From an uncultured Verrucomicrobiae bacterium (lineage in GTDB: Bacteria; Verrucomicrobiota; Verrucomicrobiia; Chthoniobacterales; JAFAMB01), in assembly GCA_963813025.1 (NCBI GenBank), contig CAWEXO010000009.1, forward strand, positions 165,149 to 229,148: a stretch of 64,000 bases of DNA. The letters run 5' to 3'. Position numbers and translations under genes: made by a program. The notes under the pieces were generated by a model that was not told the DNA's origin, searched no databases, and saw only the letters and a list, made by a program, of their open reading frames with translations. Every line of letters starts with the position of its first letter. Position 1 is the first letter of the stretch. Shown piece by piece: positions 1-10,471 of the stretch.

Positions 1-566
1 TCGGCACCACTCTTGCCGGTGTCGTGAATTTCGAGGATCGCACCGCGTTGCGCTATTTGCGTTCGCGTCCGGATGTAAGCGCCGGTCCAATCGGCTGCGT
101 GGGTCTGTCCGGCGGCGGATGTCGCGCCGCGCTGCTCCAAGCAACCAGTGGCGAGATCGGGGCCGCGGTGATCGTCGGCATGATGAGCACTCACCCGAAG
201 CTGTTGGATCGTCACCTCGCTTGCCACACCTGGATGTTTTTTCCGCCGGGTCTGGCCCGGTTCGCGGACTGGCCCGATCTTGCGGCCAGTCGCGCGCCGT
301 CGCCTTTGCTCGTGCAATACGATCGGCACGATGAGCTTTTTCCTCTTGACGGCATGCGCGCCGCTCATGAGCGCATCGCGGCTTACTACGCGCAGGCTGG
401 GCGAGCCGAAGCCTATCAAGGGAAATTCTACGATGGACCACACAAATTTGACTCGGTCATGCAGGCCGACGCCTTTGCCTGGCTACGGGCTCAACTGCTA
501 GGTACCGCTACGCCGACCGAAACCGCCAGCGGCAGGACGCCGATGCGACACCACCCAAAACCATGA
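1..566 (+). CDS. Dienelactone hydrolase-like alpha/beta hydrolase, 5' part lies outside the window
   Basis: Nucleophile elbow GCVGLSGGG, later D and GPH(K)F catalytic-type motifs; frame is open from the window start. Confidence 0.75.
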   Translation, partial: GTTLAGVVNFEDRTALRYLRSRPDVSAGPIGCVGLSGGGCRAALLQATSGEIGAAVIVGMMSTHPKLLDRHLACHTWMFFPPGLARFADWPDLAASRAPSPLLVQYDRHDELFPLDGMRAAHERIAAYYAQAGRAEAYQGKFYDGPHKFDSVMQADAFAWLRAQLLGTATPTETASGRTPMRHHPKP

Positions 567-567
567 G

Positions 568-960
568 CTATACAACTCGATACTCTTTGAATCGAAGATT
601 TCGGATCCGTCGAAAATGGCGAACATCGCGGGTGACCAACGGAATTTGAAAATGCAGGGCCGTGGCGGCAATCAAAATGTCGAAATCACCGATCATCTGG
701 CCGGCTGATCGCAGCTCCCTCCGAAGACGGCTTCCCTTTTCTGCGACCCCAGTATCAACGTGGAGACAGCGAAACAAACCAGCGATTCGCCAACCTTCAG
801 AGGTGTTCGAAAAACCTTCGAGAAACTCCAGAACAGTGACTACCGAAATCGCAAACTGATCGTCTCGATTTTCACTGAGAAAGCGGAGCGCTGTGCCGTT
901 TCTGTTTCTCGTACGTTCCCTCTGCAGATCGATCAGGAAACCCGTATCGAGCAACATCAT
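568..960 (-). CDS. vapC: VapC-family PIN-domain toxin
   Basis: LLDT start, E in TVLEF, DFDILIAATAL and LVTRD PIN motifs; ATGA overlap with the upstream antitoxin. Confidence 0.9.
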   Translation of the reverse strand: MMLLDTGFLIDLQRERTRNRNGTALRFLSENRDDQFAISVVTVLEFLEGFSNTSEGWRIAGLFRCLHVDTGVAEKGSRLRRELRSAGQMIGDFDILIAATALHFQIPLVTRDVRHFRRIRNLRFKEYRVV

Positions 961-1202
961 TTCGTTGCCCATTTCGAAGGTGAGATTGTTCTTGCGCGCT
1001 GTCTCTCCCAGTAAGAGGAAGCCTCAAGGTCCGCGGCGATGACCGGAAGCTTTGCCAGCTGGGACAGAATATTTGCTCCAGACGATTCTTCCGCGTCAAA
1101 ATGCGCCCGCCGCACAACCTCAGAAAAGGATTCACCCTCGCGCTTCGCCGCCCGGAGCTTTTCGTAGGCATCGAGTTCAAGCGAAATGGTTTTCGTAGCC
1201 AT
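957..1202 (-). CDS. vapB: VapB-type antitoxin
   Basis: 81 aa, MATKTISLELDAYEKLRAAKREGESFSEVVRR, coupled to the PIN toxin. Confidence 0.85.
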   Translation of the reverse strand: MATKTISLELDAYEKLRAAKREGESFSEVVRRAHFDAEESSGANILSQLAKLPVIAADLEASSYWERQRARTISPSKWATK

Positions 1203-1217
1203 GCATGAGACCATGCA
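1202..1217. promoter_or_regulatory. Probable vapBC autoregulatory operator
   Basis: Inverted repeat TGCATG-AGAC-CATGCA touching the antitoxin start codon. Confidence 0.45.
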
Positions 1218-1304
1218 CGAAACATCGGGTCCGATCAACGGTTTTCAGCTCCCCCCTTGAGTGAAAGACCCTTCAGCCGGCCATGACTTATCGGCTTTCA
1301 GTCA

Positions 1305-1875
1305 TCAGTGATCGGCCATTCGATCATCGGCTATCGGCGCGAAAGCGCCCCGTTCCGCTTTTAAGGAAAAGGCGAGCGGAAGCCAAGGTTTGTCTGGCCA
1401 GCGGTACAAACGGTCCGGGCCTTGGCTAAGCTGATTAAACATCTTCCACTCTGTCGCAGCGTGCTCATGCAGCCAGCGCAACGTGAGCCCGGCCGCTAGT
1501 AAGCCGCCAGTAATCTCGCTCAAGGGGTGCATCCATTCGTAGGACAGCGCGTTTCGCAGCAACGCTTCGCTGGCATAATCGTGCGGGTCGTCAATTACCA
1601 CCGGCTCGGTTTGAAAATAGGGGGTGAAGTATCCTGGCAAGCCTTCTGGTGTTCGCTTGGCACTGTCAAAGACGTAGGCAAAAGGATGTCCATCCGCCAG
1701 GTAGAGGGAACCGCCCGGTTTCAAAAAGTACGCGACAATTTCTGCCCATCTGCCGATATCCGGAAGCCAGACAATTGTTCCCCAAGTAGAGTAGACTAGA
1801 TCGAATGACGCGAGTTCAGGAATTGTTTCCGCAGCGTCGTACAAATCTGCTTCAACAAACTTTGCTCGCTCAGTG
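1305..1875 (-). pseudogene. Class I SAM-dependent methyltransferase, 5'-truncated
   Basis: AKFVEADLYD, FDLVYSTWG, LKPGGSLYLADGHP present; the N-terminal SAM-binding motif I is missing. Confidence 0.75.
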
Positions 1876-2057
1876 AACCACCGTCTTGTTTTCCTTCGTC
1901 GCCATGAGCAGCAGATCCGGTTGCCATTTCAGCTTTCTTCGAAAATCTTCGCGCAAATCATTGCCGTGACCAGCTAAACCGCATCGTTCCCAAACTTCAA
2001 CGACCGCCGCTTCGTCCTCGGTGGACAAGTTCGAATCGTCAGGTTGCTATCGGGCAT
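1876..2057 (-). pseudogene. GNAT acetyltransferase (YpeA-like) N-terminal remnant, frameshifted
   Basis: Across a frameshift reads MPDSNLTIR..DEAAVVEVWERCGL..NDLREDFRRKLKWQPDLLLMA, then runs into the methyltransferase remnant. Confidence 0.55.
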
Positions 2058-2172
2058 CGCGAAACGCTCCAATGAATGTTTGTAGTTGGCTTGGCCGTAG
2101 GGAAAGAAATATTGAGCGCTCCGATTGCCTCTATCCAGTTGAGCGACGAATTGTGAAGAGGAGAAATTGCCT

Positions 2173-3282
2173 ATGAGCGCATTGCTTTTCACCCCGTGGA
2201 AAATCAGGGAGGTTGGGCTTCGTAACCGGATCGGCGTTTCGCCCATGTGTCAGTATTGGGCGACCAACGGATTCGCGTCGGACTGGCATCTGGTTCACCT
2301 GGGTTCGCGAGCAGTTGGTGGCGCCGGCCTGGTAATGACGGAAGCGTCGGCGGTCGAGGCGCGGGGCCGGATTACCCCCGCTGATCTCGGAATCTGGTCG
2401 GACGAACACATTCCAATGTTGTCCCGCATCGCCGATTTCATTCACAGCTACGGTGCGGTCGCCGGCGTGCAATTGGCGCATGCCGGGCGCAAGGGCAGCG
2501 CGGCACGCCCTTGGGAGGGTGGGCGATCTTTGTCCGACGAAGAAGGCGGTTGGGAAACCGTTGCGCCAAACTCGCTCGCCTTCGGAGGTCCGAAGAACGA
2601 ACTCTGGCGAGTGCCTCACGAATTGACGGAGGAAGAAATCGCAGTGGTCCAGGCTGCTTTCGTATCGGCCGCCCAGCGTGCTTTGACCGCTGGGTTCCGA
2701 TTGGTCGAACTGCATTTTGCTCATGGTTACCTGGGACACAGTTTTCTCTCACCAATTACCAACCAGCGAACCGATCGGTACGGCGGTTCGTTTGAGAACC
2801 GGATTCGTTTCGCCATCGAAACAGTGCAGCGGGTCAGGTCGGTCTGGCCGGACTCGTTGCCCTTAGCAATGCGGATCTCCGCAACCGATTGGATCGATGG
2901 CGGCTGGGATATCGAACAAACCGTCGAGCTGGCCAGAAGGTTAACCCCTTTGGGTGTTGATCTCCTTGATTGCAGCTCGGGCGGTATCGCGCCTGGTGTT
3001 CGCTATGACACCCGCACTGCCTACCAAGTTCCTTTTGCGGAGCGCGTCTTGAAAGAGGTAGGACTGCCAACTGCGGCGGTTGGTTCAATTACCGAGCCGA
3101 AGGTTGCCGAGGAGATCCTGCAGCAGGGCCGGGCTACTCTGATCTTTTTGGCTCGAGCGATGTTGGACGACCCGTACTGGCCGCTGCATGCCAGCTTTCA
3201 ACTGGATATCCGCCGTGAGGTCAATCTGCCGCCGCCCTATGAGTATGTTTTGCAAAACCCAATCACCGCGACCCACAACTGA
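2173..3282 (+). CDS. NADH:flavin oxidoreductase, Old Yellow Enzyme (YqjM/NamA-like)
   Basis: NRIGVSPMCQY, VQLAHAGRK, ELHFAHGYL, RTDRYGGSFENRIRF. Confidence 0.93.
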   Translation: MSALLFTPWKIREVGLRNRIGVSPMCQYWATNGFASDWHLVHLGSRAVGGAGLVMTEASAVEARGRITPADLGIWSDEHIPMLSRIADFIHSYGAVAGVQLAHAGRKGSAARPWEGGRSLSDEEGGWETVAPNSLAFGGPKNELWRVPHELTEEEIAVVQAAFVSAAQRALTAGFRLVELHFAHGYLGHSFLSPITNQRTDRYGGSFENRIRFAIETVQRVRSVWPDSLPLAMRISATDWIDGGWDIEQTVELARRLTPLGVDLLDCSSGGIAPGVRYDTRTAYQVPFAERVLKEVGLPTAAVGSITEPKVAEEILQQGRATLIFLARAMLDDPYWPLHASFQLDIRREVNLPPPYEYVLQNPITATHN

Positions 3283-3348
3283 AGAGCGTGCGCGTTACGT
3301 AGCGTGGGACGGGACCGTGGCGCGACCTAAGACGCACGGCGCCGAGTT

Positions 3349-3474
3349 GGTAGGGCGAAAATTCATTCGAGCTTTAGCGAGAACTTGTTTGAGCCGGACA
3401 CCGGAGTGATCAACGCTCCAGACGGCTTAAACAAGTTCTCGCCTGGCGCTCGTCCGCCCAGGCGGATCGCCCCC
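3349..3474. repeat. GTAG-type REP/REPIN-like palindrome, family A, copy 1
   Basis: GGTAGGGCGAAAATTCATTCGAG..GCGAGAACTTGTTTGAGCC..GGCTTAAACAAGTTCTCGCC; similar copies at 15377, 40978, 52893. Confidence 0.8.
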
Positions 3475-3864
3475 ATCGGCACAGGACAGTGCGGCATTAT
3501 CAGACAATATCTAACCCTGGCGTGACCCATCGCTTGATTGCACGTGCTACGAGTTGCCCAAAGTCCGACAGACCCTGCACCCCTCGTCCGTACTCGGGTA
3601 GCGGCACCAATGCTTACGCGATTTCCTTTGGCTCCGAAGAGGTCTTAATGCCAGAGCCAACAGACCCTATGAAGTCTGGATCACTTAGGTTGACAGGCGG
3701 CGCAAAGATAAAGAAGCTGAATATGCCATCCCCCAGATCCTCTTAAAAGTCGCCGCTCCAGCCCAAAAATTTTGCCGGAGGCCAGCGACGGTTTTCGAGT
3801 CACGGTAAGGGATCGTGCAAGACCCTTCGTATTGACATCAACCTTCAGACAAAGATCAACTTCC

Positions 3865-4971
3865 ATGCCTATCCTTAGCATTCGCGCTCTGGCGCTTAAT
3901 GACGATGAACCCTGCGGTCAGCACGCACAGCCGCGGCAGTCTGTAAGAGAGACGGTTTCCGGCCGCCTCCACTACCTGTTGCGGTCAGGTCTAACCGGGG
4001 CCCTGGCGGCTCTCGCTGCACCGGTGCTCGCCCTCTTCGGCGGAGCAACACTGTCATCCGCTGCTGCCTCCAGCGATCAGATCCTGATCGGACTCGTCAC
4101 CAAGACCGAGGTTAATCCATATTTCGTCAAGCTGCGGCAAGCAGCAACCGCCGAGGCCGAGGCGAAGGGAGGAAAACTAATTGCCCGGTTCGGTAAGTTC
4201 GACGGCGATAACGAAGGACAGGTGGCCGCCGTTGAGGACCTGATCAGCGCGGGCGTAAAGGGTATCCTGCTCACCCCAAACAATTCTACCGGAATGCTCG
4301 GCGTCATAAAAAAGGCACGCGACAAGGGTATTCTCGTGATCGCGCTCGACACCGCGACCGATCCGGCTGATGCCGTCGATGCGACGCTCGCCACGGACAA
4401 CTTCGAGGCGGGTGTCCTGCAAGGGGAATACGCTAAGAAGGCCCTCGGCGGCAAACCCGCAAGACTGGCGATGCTTGACGGCACGCCTGGCGGAACCGTC
4501 GATACGCAGCGGCACAACGGATTTTTAAAAGGGTTTGGAATCAAGGAAGGTGATCCCGCCATTGTTGGGAAGGCGATTACGCATGGCGCCCAGGATGAAG
4601 GACAGACCGCGATGGAAAATCTCCTCACGGCGCATCCTGATATTAACGTCGTTTATACGATCAACGAACCGGCCGCCCAAGGCGCCTACGCGGCAATCAA
4701 GGCCCGCGGCAAAACGAAGAATATCGTCCTGACTTCAATCGATGGCGGTTGCTTGGGCGTGAAGTATGTCCATGATGGAAAGATCGCCGCAACGGTGATG
4801 CAGTTCCCGAAAATTATGGCCACACGCGGTGTCGACTATGTCGTTGATTTTGCCAAGACCGAGAAGAAACCGAGCGGATTCATTAACACTGGCGCCAAGC
4901 TAATTACCGACAAGCCTCTCGGTCTTCCGGCGAAGGATACGAAATGGGGCTCTGAGAATTGTTGGGGATAG
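3865..4971 (+). CDS. frcB: Sugar ABC substrate-binding protein, FrcB (fructose-binding)-like; start uncertain
   Basis: LVTKTEVNPYFVKL, ATDNFEAG, C-terminal NCWG; hydrophobic signal-like segment. Confidence 0.75.
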   Translation: MPILSIRALALNDDEPCGQHAQPRQSVRETVSGRLHYLLRSGLTGALAALAAPVLALFGGATLSSAAASSDQILIGLVTKTEVNPYFVKLRQAATAEAEAKGGKLIARFGKFDGDNEGQVAAVEDLISAGVKGILLTPNNSTGMLGVIKKARDKGILVIALDTATDPADAVDATLATDNFEAGVLQGEYAKKALGGKPARLAMLDGTPGGTVDTQRHNGFLKGFGIKEGDPAIVGKAITHGAQDEGQTAMENLLTAHPDINVVYTINEPAAQGAYAAIKARGKTKNIVLTSIDGGCLGVKYVHDGKIAATVMQFPKIMATRGVDYVVDFAKTEKKPSGFINTGAKLITDKPLGLPAKDTKWGSENCWG

Positions 4972-5010
4972 CTCGTTGGGCTGAGGCGCGGCCTCGCTAG
5001 TCGATCAACA

Positions 5011-6024
5011 TTGAGTGCGGAACTGCAGACTGCGGATCGTAGACCGAGGCCAAAATCACTGAGCGTCAGCGTGACGTGGTTGGGTCGGATTGTATTGACT
5101 CCGACGTTCGGGCCGCTGGTCGTTCTGCTTCTGTTTGGCGTAGTATTTTCCTTGGCCACGCGCACGTTCCTGGCCGCCGGCAATCTCTCGCTGATCGTCC
5201 AGCAGAGCGTGATTGTGGGCACTCTGGCGATTGGCCAGACCTTGGTCATTCTCACGGCCGGGATTGACTTGGCCAACGGCGGAATTGCCGTTCTCGGAAC
5301 GATCATTGCTGGAAAGCTTGTTGCCAACCATCAAGATCCGGCGCTTTCGCTCCTTTTTGCGCTGGCAGTCTGCACCTGTTTCGGACTGATCTCCGGGGTG
5401 TTGGTGAGTCGCCTGATGCTGCCACCGTTTATCGTCACGCTTGGTCTACTCGGGATTATCACCGCAACGACGCGTCTGGTGGCCGGAGGCGGTGCGTTTC
5501 CGGTGACCGATGATCTGCTCGGTTGGACGGGAAACGCGTTCGCTGTCGGGGATACCTCGATCACCTATGGCATGATCATCATGTTCGGCCTCTACGCGCT
5601 TTTGTGGTACTTACTAACGCAAACCGCCTGGGGCCGGCACGTCTACGCCATCGGAAATAATCGGGAAGCGGCTCGGCTGGTCGGCATCCCCGTGCAGAGC
5701 AGACTCCTTACGGTCTACACCTTTGCTGGTCTGCTCTACGGAATCACTGCCTGGCTAGCCTTAGGCCGTATTCCGAACGCCGATCCGAACGCGCTGCAGT
5801 CTGCGAATCTGGACAGCATCACCGCGGTGGTTATCGGCGGAACGAGCTTGTTTGGCGGCCGCGGAAACATCTGGGGAACTCTGGTTGGAACACTGATCGT
5901 CACCGTCCTGCGTAACGGCCTCACGCTTACGGGCATCGACCCGCTTTGGCAGGATCTCGTCACCGGTATCCTCGTGATCAGCGCGGTCGCACTGGATCAG
6001 ATTTCGCGAAAGAGACAACGATGA
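5011..6024 (+). CDS. Sugar ABC permease (RbsC/FrcC type)
   Basis: ILTAGIDL, WGRHVYAIGNNREAARLVGI, AVVIGGTSLFGGRG. Confidence 0.92.
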   Translation: MSAELQTADRRPRPKSLSVSVTWLGRIVLTPTFGPLVVLLLFGVVFSLATRTFLAAGNLSLIVQQSVIVGTLAIGQTLVILTAGIDLANGGIAVLGTIIAGKLVANHQDPALSLLFALAVCTCFGLISGVLVSRLMLPPFIVTLGLLGIITATTRLVAGGGAFPVTDDLLGWTGNAFAVGDTSITYGMIIMFGLYALLWYLLTQTAWGRHVYAIGNNREAARLVGIPVQSRLLTVYTFAGLLYGITAWLALGRIPNADPNALQSANLDSITAVVIGGTSLFGGRGNIWGTLVGTLIVTVLRNGLTLTGIDPLWQDLVTGILVISAVALDQISRKRQR

Positions 6025-6854
6025 GTAGAGAGGTTGAGAAGAAGCCCGCCCTCCCCCTCCCAGGAACCGTGGTTCTGGAAGCACGCGGGATTACTAAACG
6101 GTACGGGCATGTCACCGCGCTTGACCATGCTGACCTGGAATTACGCGCGGGTGAAATACTCGCGATCGTGGGGGATAATGGTGCTGGCAAAAGCACCCTG
6201 ATCAAGGTCCTTTGCGGCGCGGTCGTTCCGGATGCAGGACAGGTTCTTCTTGATGGCAAACCGGTTCATTTTCGGAGTCCTCTGGAGGCGCGCAAACTTG
6301 GGATTGAGACTGTTTACCAGGATCTCGCCGTTGCTCCGGCGCTTGATATCGCGACCAATCTCTTTCTAGGGCGAGAAGTGCGCCGGAGCGGGCTCCTCGG
6401 ATCCTGCTTGCGGCTGCTCGACAAGAAGAGGATGCGGCGCGAAGCGCAGCAGGAGATGGATGCGCTGAAGTTTCATCTTCCTTCGATCGACAGCGCAGTT
6501 GAGAAACTCTCCGGCGGACAACGACAGGGCGTGGCGGTCGCCCGCGCCGCGATCTTTGCCCGCCGGCTGGCGATCATGGATGAACCCACCGCGGCACTGG
6601 GTGTTCGCGAGTCAGGTCAGGTGCTCAGCTTGATTCGGACAATTCGGGACCGCGGACTTCCGGTGATCCTTATTAGCCACGATATGCCGCATGTGTTCGA
6701 GGTGGCGGATCGTATTCAGATCATGCGTCTGGGTCGTGGCGCCGCCGTCACTACGCCGCAGCGCCATACCATGTCGGAAGTAGTCGCTATCATGACTGGC
6801 GCGGCCAAAGGAGATGGGCTGCCGGCTGCATCGAATGAGGCGAGCCCGGCGTAG
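6021..6854 (+). CDS. Sugar ABC ATP-binding protein (single domain)
   Basis: GDNGAGKST, LSGGQRQ, MDEPT, ISH. Confidence 0.92.
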   Translation: MSREVEKKPALPLPGTVVLEARGITKRYGHVTALDHADLELRAGEILAIVGDNGAGKSTLIKVLCGAVVPDAGQVLLDGKPVHFRSPLEARKLGIETVYQDLAVAPALDIATNLFLGREVRRSGLLGSCLRLLDKKRMRREAQQEMDALKFHLPSIDSAVEKLSGGQRQGVAVARAAIFARRLAIMDEPTAALGVRESGQVLSLIRTIRDRGLPVILISHDMPHVFEVADRIQIMRLGRGAAVTTPQRHTMSEVVAIMTGAAKGDGLPAASNEASPA

Positions 6855-6941
6855 GCTGATGCTTGAGAAGCATCGGCCTGGCTCGATTAAAATGCTTTTT
6901 GTAGTTGCTCGTGCATCATGTATCATGCACGATACTGCGCG

Positions 6942-7631
6942 ATGTCGGAGACCTTGGTCAAACCTCTTGAGCGCAAATTGATTGCACCGCCCTGGTCGAG
7001 CCTCGCCGCAATCGCTTACGAAGCGATTGTCGAAGGCATCCTGACTGGCGTTCTTCCCGCTGGCTGGCAGATCAGCATCGCCAGCGTCGCTCAGCAGTTG
7101 AAGATGAGCAACACCCCCGTGCGCGAAGCGTTAAGCAGAGTTGCCGCCGAACGACTAATCACACTCTCCGCCAATCGCGGCTATACCGTCGCTCCGCGCA
7201 TCTCCGAACAAGACTACCATCAATTATTCGAAGCTCGACGCATCCTCGAGCTCGCGGCGATCAAATCTGCGATCATCAACTCGGAAACCACCTCGAGAGT
7301 GACCAACGTGATGAAACGGTTTGCTGGGACTGACTCCAGTCCAGAGTACAGGCATTATCGAGATTTCAATCGCGCAGATCGCGAATTTCATCTGGCTCTC
7401 GTGCAGATGTCTCGCAATCGATTTCTGTGCCATGCTTGGGAACAGTTACATTTTCATCTGCAGGTCGGGCGCCTTTACGCCGGCGCCGGCATCATTGACC
7501 ATAAGGAAGCCTGCAACGAGCATGAGCGAATCTTCGCTGCGCTGAAAGCGGACGATCGGAAGAAAGTCCTGAAGTGCGTCGGCGAACACATCCACGCGGC
7601 CAAGCGGCGTCTAACTCAACTTTTTCCCTGA
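6942..7631 (+). CDS. GntR/FCD transcriptional regulator
   Basis: N-terminal HTH MSNTPVREAL; FCD motif DREFH..EH. Confidence 0.9.
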   Translation: MSETLVKPLERKLIAPPWSSLAAIAYEAIVEGILTGVLPAGWQISIASVAQQLKMSNTPVREALSRVAAERLITLSANRGYTVAPRISEQDYHQLFEARRILELAAIKSAIINSETTSRVTNVMKRFAGTDSSPEYRHYRDFNRADREFHLALVQMSRNRFLCHAWEQLHFHLQVGRLYAGAGIIDHKEACNEHERIFAALKADDRKKVLKCVGEHIHAAKRRLTQLFP

Positions 7632-7660
7632 AGATCCAGAACCGCACCCCAGAAACAAAT

Positions 7661-8617
7661 ATGAAAATCCAAACGAGCGCTTTTGCCATCATGGCTTGCG
7701 CCAGTATGCTCTTGAACTCGGTTTCCGGCTCCGGAGCGGCCGGCAATGCCCGTTTCACCGTAATTATCTACGACACCACTGGAAATCCTTTCTGGTCGAA
7801 AGTTGTGGCCGGCGTCAATGAGGCTGCCAAGGCTTTCAATGTGAATGTCGACACTGAGTTTGCGAATAATGATCCGGTCCAGCAGAATAATGCGATCGAA
7901 GCAGCCTTGGCGTCGAAGGTTCAAGGGATCGGTTTGGCGATCAATGTTCCGAACGCTTACGAGCGGAATATCAAGAGGGCCATTGAGGCGGGAATCCCTG
8001 TCGTGGCATTCAACATTGACGATCCGAAAGGAGCCGCCGGTAGTGCTCGATTGTCTTTCATCGGCCAAAGCTTTCCATCGGCGGGCTACGCGATCGGTAA
8101 GCGGATGGTTGACGCAGCTTCGCTAAAAACAGGGAGCCATGTGGTTTGTCCCGTCGAGCATCCGGAAGCAACCTACGCCGTCGAGAGATACGCTGGTGTA
8201 AAGCGAGCGTTAGACGAGGCAGGAGTGACCTCCGAAATATTGGATACAGGCGCCATCGGGCTGGAAGATACCGTCAACAAGGTAAATCAGTACCTGTTGG
8301 GGAAACCCGACACCGCCGCTGTCATCGGATTGGGACAACTACCAACTGAAGCAGCACCGCAAGCGATCAAGGAAGCCAACTTGAAAATTCCCACTGGTGG
8401 CTTCGATCTCAGTAAGGCGATTCTCCAGAACATCCTCGACGGTAAAACCATTGCGACGGTCGATCAGCAGCCGTTTTATCAAGGTTTCCTAACCGTTACT
8501 CAACTCTACTATAAGAACAAGTACGGTCTTATTCCGGTGGATGTAAATACCGGCTCAGCCCTGATTGATAAGACGAACGCTGCGGTGGCCCTTCAGTTCG
8601 CCGACACCACTCGTTAA
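7661..8617 (+). CDS. Sugar ABC substrate-binding protein
   Basis: Signal peptide, NPFWSKV, GGFDL, ATVDQQPFYQG. Confidence 0.9.
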   Translation: MKIQTSAFAIMACASMLLNSVSGSGAAGNARFTVIIYDTTGNPFWSKVVAGVNEAAKAFNVNVDTEFANNDPVQQNNAIEAALASKVQGIGLAINVPNAYERNIKRAIEAGIPVVAFNIDDPKGAAGSARLSFIGQSFPSAGYAIGKRMVDAASLKTGSHVVCPVEHPEATYAVERYAGVKRALDEAGVTSEILDTGAIGLEDTVNKVNQYLLGKPDTAAVIGLGQLPTEAAPQAIKEANLKIPTGGFDLSKAILQNILDGKTIATVDQQPFYQGFLTVTQLYYKNKYGLIPVDVNTGSALIDKTNAAVALQFADTTR

Positions 8618-8656
8618 ACGCGGCGAGACGGCGCCGTGCGGCTGCAAAAGAAAGCC

Positions 8657-9697
8657 ATGTCACTTCACCGACAGGACGCCAAAGCATCCTTTTCCCGCAG
8701 CGGCCGCGAATTGGGCTCTCCACCTTCTTTTGCATCGTCTCTTCTGGATGCGCTGCGACGCCATCCGGCCGGTAATATTCTGATCATCTTCGTTCTCCTG
8801 GAGATTAGTTGTATTGTCGCTTCTCTGGCGTTCCCGGATCAATTCCGGTATGTCAGTCCGCTCAATATCCAGTCAGTTCTCCGAGCGATTCCCCAGTTGG
8901 GGATAATCTCTATCGGAGTAGGGATTCTGATGATTGCCGGGGAATATGATCTATCCGTCGGTGCAAACTTCACCTTCTCCGCCTTGATTATGGCTAACAG
9001 CTACAATGCACGATGGCCTCTGACTCTGGCCGTTTTTCTCGCCTTGCTCACTGGAGCTGCGCTTGGGGCGGTGAACGGAATGATCACTTTGCGAGCGAAG
9101 ATTCCCTCTTTTATTGCCACATTGGGTATGATGATGCTGCTGCGTGGACTAATCCTTTTTTCTTCAGGTACCCAAACTCGTCCTTTTCATCCGGGAACAT
9201 TTTTTGAGAACGTAATGACTGGATCCGTCGGCCTAGTCCAATTCGCTTTCCTCTGGCTACTTGCGGTCACCGGTGCGGCGTACCTGCTGATGGACCGCCA
9301 TCGCCTTGGCAATCATCTCTACGCGGTCGGTGGGAACCGCGAAGCGGCAACTGCCATCGGGGTGAAAGTTTTCCGCGTAAAGCTATTGGCGTTTTCAATC
9401 GCGGGTTTCACCGCAGCCCTGTCTGGAATAATCAGTACGGTCCGGGTCAGTTCGGTGTCCCCGATTCAGGGTCAGGGTCTCGAATTGCAGGCGATCGCAG
9501 CCTGCGTCATCGGCGGGGTGTCTTTGGCCGGAGGAAAAGGTTCGATGATTGGCGTCCTCTTGGGAGCCGCCCTCCTTTATACAATTCAAGACATTCTCCT
9601 GTTGCTGCGCGCGCCCGGTTTCTACCTCGATGCATTTATTGGATTCATTATCCTCGTCGCCGCAACCCTGAATCGTCTGGTACAAAAGGAGGCTTGA
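8657..9697 (+). CDS. Sugar ABC permease
   Basis: MIAGEYDLSVG, GNHLYAVGGN, ACVIGGVSLAGGKG. Confidence 0.92.
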   Translation: MSLHRQDAKASFSRSGRELGSPPSFASSLLDALRRHPAGNILIIFVLLEISCIVASLAFPDQFRYVSPLNIQSVLRAIPQLGIISIGVGILMIAGEYDLSVGANFTFSALIMANSYNARWPLTLAVFLALLTGAALGAVNGMITLRAKIPSFIATLGMMMLLRGLILFSSGTQTRPFHPGTFFENVMTGSVGLVQFAFLWLLAVTGAAYLLMDRHRLGNHLYAVGGNREAATAIGVKVFRVKLLAFSIAGFTAALSGIISTVRVSSVSPIQGQGLELQAIAACVIGGVSLAGGKGSMIGVLLGAALLYTIQDILLLLRAPGFYLDAFIGFIILVAATLNRLVQKEA

Positions 9698-9699
9698 TC

Positions 9700-10464
9700 A
9701 TGACGAACCCTCCTGGAGCCGCCGAGACCTCCGTTTTTCCTTTGATTGAGCTGAAGGGCGTCTGCAAAAGCTTCGGAAAGGTCGTCGCGCTCAATCACGT
9801 CGACTTCGAGATCAGGCTGAACGAGGTGGTTGGCCTGCTCGGCGATAATGGGGCAGGGAAGTCGACATTAGTGAAGATGCTGTCCGGAGTCGTCTTCGCG
9901 GATGAGGGCGTCATTCTTCGCAACGGGTCGGCCGTCAAAATCACCTCGTATTCCGACGCCGAGAGACTCGGGATCGAAACAATTTACCAAGATATCGCAC
10001 TGGTGAATACGCTGTCGGTGTATCGCAATATGTTCCTTGGACGCGAACAAACCAATGCACTGGGTTTTCTCCATCGGCGGGCCATGCGATCAAAAACTAT
10101 TGAGATTCTTCGAAGCTCTGTAAAGATCGCGGGCATTGACTCCCCAGATCAACTGGTTGGAGGACTGTCCGGAGGCCAAAGGCAGGCGGTGGCTATAGCC
10201 CGAGCAGTCTACTTCCGTAAAAAAATACTTTTACTCGACGAACCGACCAGCGCCCTATCGGTTCGTGAGACAGAAAATGTCCTGGATTACATCGTCCAGC
10301 TGCGGCGCGACGGAGTTACCTGTGTCTTTGTCACCCATAATCTTTACCATGCCTTCCGCGTGTGTGATCGGTTCGTCGTCCTATCCAGAGGGCGCAAGGT
10401 GCTCGACGTCGCCAAGCCGGCCACGAACCTGGAAAAGCTCACGTCAGTAATCGTGAACGAGTGA
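9700..10464 (+). CDS. Sugar ABC ATP-binding protein
   Basis: GDNGAGKST, LSGGQRQ, LLDEPT. Confidence 0.92.
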   Translation: MTNPPGAAETSVFPLIELKGVCKSFGKVVALNHVDFEIRLNEVVGLLGDNGAGKSTLVKMLSGVVFADEGVILRNGSAVKITSYSDAERLGIETIYQDIALVNTLSVYRNMFLGREQTNALGFLHRRAMRSKTIEILRSSVKIAGIDSPDQLVGGLSGGQRQAVAIARAVYFRKKILLLDEPTSALSVRETENVLDYIVQLRRDGVTCVFVTHNLYHAFRVCDRFVVLSRGRKVLDVAKPATNLEKLTSVIVNE

Positions 10465-10471
10465 CCTGATT

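Noticed and set aside
2131..2739. Long antisense ORFs (also 29977-30831, 35160-35885, 36711-37544)
   Set aside because: Shadow frames of well-supported genes in GC-rich DNA
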